Shown in pieces: positions 47,032 to 55,409 of a stretch of 55,409 nucleotides of DNA (position 1 is its first letter; the number at the start of each line of letters is the position of its first letter). The translations under genes were made by a program, and so were the position numbers. Under the pieces are notes generated by a model. The model had not been told where the DNA came from, ran no database searches, and saw only the letters and a list, made by a program, of their open reading frames with translations. The DNA lies in NCBI GenBank assembly GCA_043825875.1, contig JBDRRF010000105.1, positions 1-55,409 of the forward strand, read 5' to 3'. This stretch comes from Pseudomonadota bacterium. Its GTDB lineage: Bacteria; Desulfobacterota; Desulfobacteria; Desulfobacterales; RPRI01.

Positions 47032-49674
47032 TTAAAATACTGAACCCACCGTAAATTCAACCTTTCCACCTTCACCTGCATCTTTTTCCGGATCAAGAAT
47101 ATAGCCATATTCCACACGCATCGGCCCCATTGGTGAGTACCACCTGATGCCGCCACCGACACTTTCCCTTGAGCTGCCAAGATAGTCTTCACTATTGTCA
47201 TACACATCCCCAGCATCAAAAAATAATACGCCCATAACACCGGCACCCTTGATAAGAGGAAAAACAAATTCAAGGTTCAACTGAACAAATTTATTGCCCC
47301 CAATTTCAGTCAAATAACCTTGCGAATTTATTCTTTTAGGACTTAAATCTTCCCATTCGAATCCTCGCAGTGAATTTATTCCGCCAAGATTGAAACGCTC
47401 ATATATAGGTAATTTTTTGCTCGCATTTTGAGTTACATATCCGGTCGCTGCATGTATCGAGCCTACAGTTCCTTTAAACAAAGGATAAAACCAGCCTGTT
47501 TCAAGATTAATTTTAGTAAATCCAATATCTCCGCCAAGTCCTGCATATTGAATAGAAATACTATGGTTCGCTCCCTCAGAGGGGTTAAAAACTTTATCAC
47601 GCGAATCATACCTTAAAGCTGCTGTCACACTGCTTGAAATATTTTTGCCTTCCATATCTTTAATAGCATCCGGTGCATCATAATCAATGCTTGTTATATT
47701 GGATTCATCAAATGCATATGAGAAATATACTCTGGCAAACTCGTAAACCGGATACCCCAGTGTTATACCTCCACCCTTGCTTTTTTTATCATAGGAATCA
47801 TAACCATAGTCCCAGTTGTAAAAATTAAAACCGGCTGAAATAGGCGTGTCAAATAACCATGGCTCAGTAAAACTTAAGATAAATTTAGTTGAAACAGCTC
47901 CCAGCTGTGCATTTAATGATAGCACCTGACCTTTTCCAAACAGGTTTTTCTGGGAAACAGAGCCCATAAAAAATACTTTTTCCGTACTTCCATAACCTGC
48001 ACCGAAGGTAAATGACCCGGTCGGTTTTTCCTCAACATCAACCTTAAGCAGCATTTTATCATCTGCGCTTCCTTTTAGGTTATTTATTTTTACGTCTTTA
48101 AAGAAATCCAGCCGCTTCAGGTTACGCATGCTTTTTTTAAGTTTGGCTCCGCTGTACAATTCCTGTTCATATACTTTTAACTCTCTTCTTATAACCTTAT
48201 CTCTTGTTTTTGTATTTCCCTCAATTGTAATCTCTTCAAAATAAATCTGCTTTCCTTTGTTGATTATATAGTTAATATTTACCTGTAGCTTGTCCCGATC
48301 AGGATCTATATCAGGAACAACCTCAGCATAAGCATAACCTTCATTTGTATACAAATCCGTCAAAACAAGGATATCACTTTGCAGAACCTGTCTGTTATAA
48401 TATTTTTCCTTATCAATTTTTATATTTTTAATAAGCTCTTCTTCAGGGAAAATTAAGTCACCTGTAATTTTTACTTTTCCGACTTTAAACTGGGGACCTT
48501 CATCGATTTTTATTTTAATATCAATTCCAGATTCTTTGATATCAACCTGAGGGTCCCCGATTTTGGCCTGAACAAACCCATTGTTATGATAAAATGCTGA
48601 GAGCTTTACTACATCCTGAATCAAATCTTCCCTGTTTAGATCTCCTGCCGAAGTGATCCATGAAAACATGTTTTTCTCTGATAAGGACATAAGCTTTTTA
48701 AGCTCTTTGTCCGAATATACTTTATTGCCTTCCAATATGATATTTTTAATAAAAGCTTTTGATCCTTCCGAAATTATAAATTCAAGGTCAGCCTGGTTAT
48801 TCTCATGATCATAAGTCTTATATTCTACTTTTACATTGTGATAATTTCTACTTTTATATAGACTTTCAATTCTTTCGATATTTTTCTGAATCTCTACAAA
48901 ATTTAGAATCGAACCGGTCTTGATATCTAAAATTTCCTTGATCTTGTCGTTTTGGATTGTTTGATTGCCTTTAAAAATTATTTCTTTTAAAGTCGGTTTT
49001 TCTTTAACTTTTAGCGTAACCGACTTGCCTTCGGGTGTATTTTCAACTTCAATCCTTACATCATCAAAATATCCCATAGCATATATGGTCTTTAAATCTT
49101 CAGACAAGGTCTGTGGATAATATATATCTCCTGCTTTCGTTTTAATTATCCTTTTAATTGCGTCAGCCTCAATTCGCCTATTACCCTCCACAAGTATTTT
49201 TACAACTTTTTCACGTTTAAATATTTTCATTCCCAGATCGCGTGAAAGATTTTTCAAGCTACCGGAAAGATTTTCTATTCCCTCTCCCTCATAGAAAAAA
49301 CTATTCAGGGGCTCATCTTTCACAGATTCGATCATTTTTGCATTAATTTCAAAATGCTGGTCCACTAAAGTTATACTTCCCCAAACAACATATTGAGCAT
49401 CTGCATCAATACCGATTGTTCTTATTTGTTCTGTGTTTTCAGCTTGCTGTGTGCTATGTAAGATTAAATCAGGATCAGGTTCTATAATAACAGCACCATC
49501 TTCTTTCAAATGGTTCTTTATTATCTGAGGAATTTGGGTTTTTAGATATGAAAGTTCTTTCTTGGCATTTACTTCAAAAGGCAAAACCAAAACATTCGCT
49601 GTTTCAAAAGAGTAAGTTCTAAACGGAAACACCCATAACAATGCAACGGCAATCAGGCATAAATATTTTTTCAT
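47032..49674 (-). CDS. bamA: outer membrane protein assembly factor BamA with extra N-terminal domain
   Basis: POTRA repeats (GNTKTRDKVIRREL), GG..SLRGF, WYSPMGPMR, terminal F. Confidence 0.96.
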   Translation of the reverse strand: MKKYLCLIAVALLWVFPFRTYSFETANVLVLPFEVNAKKELSYLKTQIPQIIKNHLKEDGAVIIEPDPDLILHSTQQAENTEQIRTIGIDADAQYVVWGSITLVDQHFEINAKMIESVKDEPLNSFFYEGEGIENLSGSLKNLSRDLGMKIFKREKVVKILVEGNRRIEADAIKRIIKTKAGDIYYPQTLSEDLKTIYAMGYFDDVRIEVENTPEGKSVTLKVKEKPTLKEIIFKGNQTIQNDKIKEILDIKTGSILNFVEIQKNIERIESLYKSRNYHNVKVEYKTYDHENNQADLEFIISEGSKAFIKNIILEGNKVYSDKELKKLMSLSEKNMFSWITSAGDLNREDLIQDVVKLSAFYHNNGFVQAKIGDPQVDIKESGIDIKIKIDEGPQFKVGKVKITGDLIFPEEELIKNIKIDKEKYYNRQVLQSDILVLTDLYTNEGYAYAEVVPDIDPDRDKLQVNINYIINKGKQIYFEEITIEGNTKTRDKVIRRELKVYEQELYSGAKLKKSMRNLKRLDFFKDVKINNLKGSADDKMLLKVDVEEKPTGSFTFGAGYGSTEKVFFMGSVSQKNLFGKGQVLSLNAQLGAVSTKFILSFTEPWLFDTPISAGFNFYNWDYGYDSYDKKSKGGGITLGYPVYEFARVYFSYAFDESNITSIDYDAPDAIKDMEGKNISSSVTAALRYDSRDKVFNPSEGANHSISIQYAGLGGDIGFTKINLETGWFYPLFKGTVGSIHAATGYVTQNASKKLPIYERFNLGGINSLRGFEWEDLSPKRINSQGYLTEIGGNKFVQLNLEFVFPLIKGAGVMGVLFFDAGDVYDNSEDYLGSSRESVGGGIRWYSPMGPMRVEYGYILDPEKDAGEGGKVEFTVGSVF

Positions 49675-49683
49675 TACACTTCC

Positions 49684-50409
49684 TTAACTCGCTTCTACAA
49701 GACGCCCATCAATTATTGTAACACACATAGCCATAAATGACGCTAACTCCATGTTATGCGTCACTACTATCATTGACATGTCAAGCTCTTTGTTAAGTTC
49801 CATAAGCAACTCATGAACCTGCTCACTGTTTCTTTTATCAAGATTGCCTGTAGGTTCATCCGCAAGAAGAATAAGTGGTTTTAATACAAGTGCCCTTGCT
49901 ATAGCAACCCGCTGCTGCTCTCCACCGGAAAGTACACTGACCTTGCCATTTATTCTATCTTTAAGCCCGACTCTTATCAAAATTTTTTCCGCTGCTTCTC
50001 TTGCTTGGTTTTTACTTACCCCTTTTATAAGACCTGGTATCATTGTATTTTCTATAGCAGTAAACTCGGGCAGTAGATGGTGAAACTGAAATACAAATCC
50101 GATTGATTCGTTTCGAAATTTTGCCAATCTATCCGAACCACAACTTAAAATATCTTCATCAACAAAAGAGATGGTACCACTATCAGGATAATCCAGTGTC
50201 CCTAGTATGTGCAATAGAGTAGACTTGCCAATACCTGATGCACCGACAATTGCCATAGTCTCGCCTTTACGCAAATCAAAATCGACCTCTTTTAAAATTT
50301 CAAGATGAACACCGCTGCTGTTAAAATTTTTGGAAAGCCCCCTTACTCTTAAAAAAACCTGGGGGGATTCAATAGAGATATTTTGGTTGCAATCCGGCAT
50401 ATTATCCAT
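49684..50409 (-). CDS. lolD: lipoprotein-releasing ABC transporter ATPase
   Basis: [35 protein letters not shown]; start uncertain. Confidence 0.93.
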   Translation of the reverse strand: MDNMPDCNQNISIESPQVFLRVRGLSKNFNSSGVHLEILKEVDFDLRKGETMAIVGASGIGKSTLLHILGTLDYPDSGTISFVDEDILSCGSDRLAKFRNESIGFVFQFHHLLPEFTAIENTMIPGLIKGVSKNQAREAAEKILIRVGLKDRINGKVSVLSGGEQQRVAIARALVLKPLILLADEPTGNLDKRNSEQVHELLMELNKELDMSMIVVTHNMELASFMAMCVTIIDGRLVEAS

Positions 50410-51637
50410 GGCGTATAGCCTCAACAGGATTCAGTTTAGATGCCTGATGTGCCGGGTATAAAGTTGCCAAAAAGCAGATAATCAATGCTGCTGCTGCAAT
50501 GGTTATTATATCAGAAGCAACAAGCCGTACAGGAAGAGTAGTTATGTAATATACATCCCCTGGCAGATCAACAAACTTATATTTTTCTAAAAGTTTACAA
50601 AGAGTATAACCGGAACAGACACCCAGGGTGGTTCCGACCAAACCTATTAGCATTCCTTTGAAAACAAATATTTTTCTGATGCTCATATCAGTTGCGCCCA
50701 TAGCTTTAAGAATAGCAATATCTTTTGTCTTCTCCATTACCATCATAATAAGAGAACTTGCTATATTCAGGGCTGCAACAAGAACAATAAGTATTAAAAT
50801 AACAAACATGACTGCTTTTTCCAGCTTTAAAGCTGAAAAAAGATTTTTATTCATTTGCATCCAGTCTCTTGCCCAATATGGAAATCCAAGGTCATCGATA
50901 ATTTTTTTAGCTATATTTCTGGCATCATAAATATCAGTTACATTCAACTCAATACCTGTTATTGAATCGTTCATCCTCAATATTTTTTGAGCATCTTTAA
51001 TATTAATATATGCTAGTGATCCGTCATAATCATGTATCCCGGATTCAAAAATGCCCTTAACTACATATTGTTTCATTGTGGGCAAATATCCTACAGGAGA
51101 TATCATACCCGCAGGAGATATAAGATATAGTGTATCACCTTTAAATACTCTTAACTTATTTGCAAGTTCCTTTCCCAATATTATACCGGGGGCAATATTA
51201 AAATATCCGCTGTTTTTATCATCCGGCAGGCCATTTCGCAACAAAAGAGCATCAAGGTTTTTTACTATCCGACCCTCGGCACTTGGATCAATGCCTTTTA
51301 AAACAGCGCCGGAAACTCCTGAAGAAGATTTAAGCATAACCTGTGTATAAATGAAAGGGGCTGCGGCTTTAACGCCATTAAATTTTTTTATGTGCTCAAG
51401 AACTGCCGGATAATCGGAAAATTCTCCTCCGCGCCGCATTACAACAACATGCGATTCAACTCCAAGTATGCGGGATTTAAGATCAGTTTCAAAACCTGCC
51501 ATAACAGCAATAACAACTATAAGAGCCATTACTCCAACCATAACACCTACAATCGATAAAATTGTTATAAGTGATATGAAAGATTGTTTTTGTCTGGCTC
51601 TTAGATATCGCCCACCTATAAAAAATTCAAAAGACAT
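50402..51637 (-). CDS. lolE: lipoprotein-releasing ABC transporter permease LolC/E
   Basis: RYLR, VIAVMAGF, EKTKDIAILKAMGA, ATLYPA. Confidence 0.93.
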   Translation of the reverse strand: MSFEFFIGGRYLRARQKQSFISLITILSIVGVMVGVMALIVVIAVMAGFETDLKSRILGVESHVVVMRRGGEFSDYPAVLEHIKKFNGVKAAAPFIYTQVMLKSSSGVSGAVLKGIDPSAEGRIVKNLDALLLRNGLPDDKNSGYFNIAPGIILGKELANKLRVFKGDTLYLISPAGMISPVGYLPTMKQYVVKGIFESGIHDYDGSLAYINIKDAQKILRMNDSITGIELNVTDIYDARNIAKKIIDDLGFPYWARDWMQMNKNLFSALKLEKAVMFVILILIVLVAALNIASSLIMMVMEKTKDIAILKAMGATDMSIRKIFVFKGMLIGLVGTTLGVCSGYTLCKLLEKYKFVDLPGDVYYITTLPVRLVASDIITIAAAALIICFLATLYPAHQASKLNPVEAIRHG

Positions 51638-51763
51638 TATATATAATCTTTACTTTTATGTGCTTGGAATTTAACGCAGACATCAGATCTTTATACGGAA
51701 AAGTTTTTTTAAAATTAATGCCATATTAGAGTAATAAGTTTATAAGATATTTGATATATATCA

Positions 51764-53260
51764 TCAATTAGGCTTTTGCACTACAGGCTTCATGTGTGGA
51801 AAAAGTATTACTTCCCTGATTGAAGCAGAATCGGTAAACAACATAGTAAGCCTGTCAATACCAATACCCTCACCTGCAGTAGGAGGCATTCCATACTCTA
51901 ATGCTTCTATATAATCTTCATCCATATGGTGTGCTTCGTCATCGCCATCCTGCCTGTTTGACAACTGCTGCATAAAGCGGTTATGTTGATCTTCAGGATC
52001 ATTTAGTTCCGAAAAACCATTTGCTATTTCATTTCCTGCTATGAAAAGCTCAAAACGGTCTGTCATCGTCGGATCTTTCTCACTTCTTCTGGATAGAGGA
52101 GAAACCTCAACAGGATATTCGGTTATAAAAGTGGGCTGAATCAGCTTATGTTGAACAAGCGCATCAAATATTTTTGTTATAATTTTGCCTATCCGATCTT
52201 TTTTTGTAATTTTTACACCGTTAGAATGTGCAAATTCGAGGAGTTTTTCTTTATCTTGAATTATAGATGGGCTTACTCCACCAAATTCGTCCAATGCATT
52301 AAGAAGACTTATTCTTCGCCACTTTCCGCTAAAATCAATAGTATTTCCCTGATAAATAATTGAAGTTGAGCCGGTTATTTCTAATGATAATCCGGAAAAT
52401 AAGTTCTCGGTAAGATTCATGAGATCCTGATAGGTAGCATAGGCTTCGTAAAACTCTAACATGGTAAATTCCGGATTATGCTGGGTTGATACACCCTCGT
52501 TCCTGAAATTTCTGTTAATTTCAAATACTCTTTCAAATCCACCCACTACTAATCGTTTTAGATATAACTCCGGAGCTATTCGTAAAAACAGATCCATCCC
52601 AAGAGCATTATGGTGCGTTTTAAAGGGAGCCGCTTCAGCACCACCCGGAATTGGCTGCATCATCGGCGTTTCTACTTCAATATAACCTCTTTCCAAAAAA
52701 TAATTTCGTATTTCCTGGATTACTCTGCTTCGCTTTACAAATATATCCCTGGCATCAGGATTTATTATCAAGTCAAGATATCGTTGGCGATATCGCTTTT
52801 CGGTATCTTTAAGCCCATGAAATTTTTCAGGAAGAGGTCTAATAGCCTTACATACAAGTCTCAACTCAAAAGCAAGTATAGTCCATTCACCTGTTTTTGT
52901 TTTAAATATTGAACCTTTTATTCCTACGAAATCACCAATATCAAGCTGTTTGTAAAGCTGATATGAATCATCCCCGATTTTATCTTTTCGTATATATGCT
53001 TGGAATTGGCCTGTTCGATCCTTAAATCTGATAAATGAAGATTTGCCGAAATTATTCATAGCCATAATACGACCGGCTACTGAAAAAACAGCCTCATCTT
53101 CTTTTTTTGATTCATCAAAACCACTTATTACATCCCTAATATCCTCGATAGAATGCAACACAACATAATCATTTGGAAAAAGATTTATATTATTACTTCT
53201 TAATTCAGATAATTTATTTCTTCTTCTCTCAAGCAATTCACTCGTTTTTTCCACTTCCAT
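51764..53260 (-). CDS. lysS: lysine--tRNA ligase (class II)
   Basis: YRQRYLDL, LRIAPELYLKRL, FRNEG, YGMPPTAGEGIGIDRL. Confidence 0.98.
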   Translation of the reverse strand: MEVEKTSELLERRRNKLSELRSNNINLFPNDYVVLHSIEDIRDVISGFDESKKEDEAVFSVAGRIMAMNNFGKSSFIRFKDRTGQFQAYIRKDKIGDDSYQLYKQLDIGDFVGIKGSIFKTKTGEWTILAFELRLVCKAIRPLPEKFHGLKDTEKRYRQRYLDLIINPDARDIFVKRSRVIQEIRNYFLERGYIEVETPMMQPIPGGAEAAPFKTHHNALGMDLFLRIAPELYLKRLVVGGFERVFEINRNFRNEGVSTQHNPEFTMLEFYEAYATYQDLMNLTENLFSGLSLEITGSTSIIYQGNTIDFSGKWRRISLLNALDEFGGVSPSIIQDKEKLLEFAHSNGVKITKKDRIGKIITKIFDALVQHKLIQPTFITEYPVEVSPLSRRSEKDPTMTDRFELFIAGNEIANGFSELNDPEDQHNRFMQQLSNRQDGDDEAHHMDEDYIEALEYGMPPTAGEGIGIDRLTMLFTDSASIREVILFPHMKPVVQKPN

Positions 53261-53329
53261 AGCTAAAATAACTTTCTATATAATTTTGTGATCTAATCTT
53301 TAATATAAATAATTCATTACATACTATTA

Positions 53330-53352
53330 AAGCTTTCAATCATTGAAAGCTT
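53330..53352. promoter_or_regulatory. perfect 11-bp-arm palindrome upstream of lysS
   Basis: AAGCTTTCAAT-C-ATTGAAAGCTT. Confidence 0.45.
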
Positions 53353-53471
53353 GCAAGCTCATTTTAGAAATTGTCATACTGTTTTATTATCAAACGGAGG
53401 CAAAAATAATAATTATTAGAAGTGAATTGAGTAACCTATTTAAGTAATAGTGTCAAGATTAAGTTATTAAA

Positions 53472-54770
53472 TTAGGGTGGATCAATTTGCTTTAATTTGA
53501 ATGTAAAAACAGAACCTTTATTAACTTTACTTTCAACTTCAATCCAGCTGTCATAAGGTTTTAAGATATTGTAAACTATCGATAATCCAAGGCCTGTTCC
53601 CTTTTGCTTGGTAGTAAAAAACGGGTCAAAAATGGATTTGATATTCTCACCGGGTATACCATCACCATCATCAGCTACTTCAACTATCGCATATTTATTC
53701 TTTAAAGAATATAATTTCACTTTAATATTACCTGTGTTTTCAATAGCCTCAGAAGCATTCAAAAGAAGATTCCATAATATTTGATATAAATGCGCAGGAT
53801 ACATTTCCACCCAGATATATGGTGCAATATCTTTTATCAATGCAATTTTTCCTGAACATTTAATATCTTTTTCAAAAAGCTCTATAGTGTCTATTATGGT
53901 TTTTCCCAATTCAATTTTTTCTAACTTTCCAACAGGGGGTCTTGCAAACAATAAATAATTATTAACAAGGGAGCCCAAGCGATCTGTCTCCCTATGTATT
54001 ATCTGCATTAGCTTATCATTTTGCGGATTGTCGTACATATCTTCTCTTAAAAGCTGAATAGAACCAGATATTGAAGCAATTGGATTTTTTATTTCGTGAG
54101 CCATTCGGGCAGCCATCTCTCCCATTGCGGCCATCTTTTCAAAACGCTTAATACGCTCTTTCATTGCTATTAATTCGTTTTTAGTTTTTCTTGCCTGTTC
54201 CGCAAGAAAATTGCTCAAAAAAGCAACAGCAAAACATGCTATTGTTATAATTAATACCTTATATTGTATCTGACTCCACGGATAATTTACAGCTGCAAGA
54301 CTGTCTTTAAATGGAAATGGATTTATCATACCTAAATATTCCAGATTAACAATTATGCCATACTGAATTGCGCAAAGCCCAGCAATAATCATACTTCCTT
54401 TTTTAAATAAAAGCATAGATGAATATATTATAACCAAAAGATATAAAAATGAAAAAATACTTGAAAAACCCCCTGTAACAAAGATTATGCAGGTTATAAT
54501 GAAAGTATCAATAGCTATCTGTATGGGAGCAAAATGTTTAATTTTTTTCATACGATTAAGCAATACAGTATAAAATATCGAAAGTATCAAAACTCCTGTT
54601 ATAAGGGCATAAAGCATAAAAAGAGACATATCAAGCAGGGAATGTGTCGAATTAAACTGAAGAATTATCGATGACCCAAGAAGAAGGGAAATAAAAAGGA
54701 CTCTAAATAACATGAGCCACTTGAGCCTTTGATATATATCACTTTTATGTATTTCTATTGTGTTATCCAT
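53472..54770 (-). CDS. PilS-like membrane sensor histidine kinase
   Basis: ~6 TM with TGGFSSIFSFLY motif, MAHEIKNP H-box, DPFFTTK/GTGLGL. Confidence 0.85.
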   Translation of the reverse strand: MDNTIEIHKSDIYQRLKWLMLFRVLFISLLLGSSIILQFNSTHSLLDMSLFMLYALITGVLILSIFYTVLLNRMKKIKHFAPIQIAIDTFIITCIIFVTGGFSSIFSFLYLLVIIYSSMLLFKKGSMIIAGLCAIQYGIIVNLEYLGMINPFPFKDSLAAVNYPWSQIQYKVLIITIACFAVAFLSNFLAEQARKTKNELIAMKERIKRFEKMAAMGEMAARMAHEIKNPIASISGSIQLLREDMYDNPQNDKLMQIIHRETDRLGSLVNNYLLFARPPVGKLEKIELGKTIIDTIELFEKDIKCSGKIALIKDIAPYIWVEMYPAHLYQILWNLLLNASEAIENTGNIKVKLYSLKNKYAIVEVADDGDGIPGENIKSIFDPFFTTKQKGTGLGLSIVYNILKPYDSWIEVESKVNKGSVFTFKLKQIDPP

Positions 54771-54816
54771 ATCTTGAATTTAGCACAATCCATGTTTTGA
54801 AGCCAGAAATAAAAAC

Positions 54817-54852
54817 AAAAAAACCCGGAACCTTTAAAAAGATTCCGGGTTT
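54817..54852 (-). terminator. rRNA operon rho-independent terminator
   Basis: AAACCCGGAA-loop-TTCCGGGTTT followed by a U-run on the - strand, just after 5S. Confidence 0.85.
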
Positions 54853-54861
54853 AAATAAATT

Positions 54862-54978
<117 letters not shown>

Positions 54979-55070
54979 AATCGTCAATCTGCAAATTATA
55001 TTACAACTTAGTTATCAGCACTTTATATAAAAAAGATCAAATTATTGATTCTAATTATAAAAATTATTTT

Positions 55071-55409
55071 ATGGCCAAGCCTCACGACCTATTAGTACCA
55101 GTAAGCTCAATATGTTACCACACTTACACACCTGGCCTATCAACCTTGTAGTCTTCAAGGAGTCTTTAGTTAAATATGTTTCCATATTTAAGGGATATCT
55201 AATCTTGAGGTTGGTTTCCCGCTTAGATGCTTTCAGCGGTTATCCATTCCGAACTTAGCTACCCAGCTATGCCGCTGGCGCGACAACTGGAACACCATTG
55301 GTTCGTCCATTCCGGTCCTCTCGTACTAGGAACAGATCCTCTCAAATATCCTACGCCCACGAAAGATAGGGACCAAACTGTCTCACGACGTTTTAAACCC
55401 AGCTCACGT
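55071..55409 (-). rRNA. rrl: 23S rRNA, 3' end (partial; continues beyond window)
   Basis: Sarcin-ricin loop AGTACGAGAGGACC, GCTGAAAGCATCTAAG, ACGTGAGCTGGGTTTAAAACGTCGTGAGACAG. Confidence 0.99.

Noticed and set aside
55171..55190. AT-rich hairpin TAAATATG-TTTC-CATATTTA in 23S as a possible intervening sequence
   Set aside because: Short and located at the naturally variable helix near the 23S 3' end

Overview
AT-rich bacterial chromosomal segment. Gene content (PEP-CTERM protein with a sigma-54 promoter, lpxI, PilS-like kinase, hybrid PAS kinase) suggests a sulfate-reducer-type deltaproteobacterium; this taxonomic call is an inference. From left to right: (1) a moxR-DUF58-batA/B/C/D/E operon whose batC is split by a complete 1680-bp IS110 element with a GGAG core at both junctions and a structured non-coding left end carrying target- and donor-matching guide-like motifs (candidate bridge RNA); (2) RNase II, an orphan 772-aa class III nucleotidyl-cyclase-like protein with non-canonical base-specificity residues, an FAD oxidoreductase, a cvfB / radical SAM / MBL trio, recD2, an Fe-S flavoprotein and a hybrid histidine kinase; (3) an accessory stretch with an AAA_14-DUF4143 ATPase-nuclease under a palindromic operator, a PEP-CTERM gene with three enhancer boxes, a ceramidase-like protein, waaA, an SGNH protein, a group IIC-intron-like remnant abutting an attC-like hairpin, and a sugar O-methyltransferase; (4) the lysS-lolE-lolD-bamA-skp-lpxD-fabZ-lpxA-lpxI-gnnA-lpxB-msbA-lptF-lptG-lpxK envelope cluster, a PilS-like kinase, 5S rRNA and the 3' end of 23S rRNA. 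Intergenic spaces hold three copies of a 142-143-bp MITE with 4-bp target duplications and several REP-like palindromes. All family assignments come from motif recognition by eye; no searches were run.
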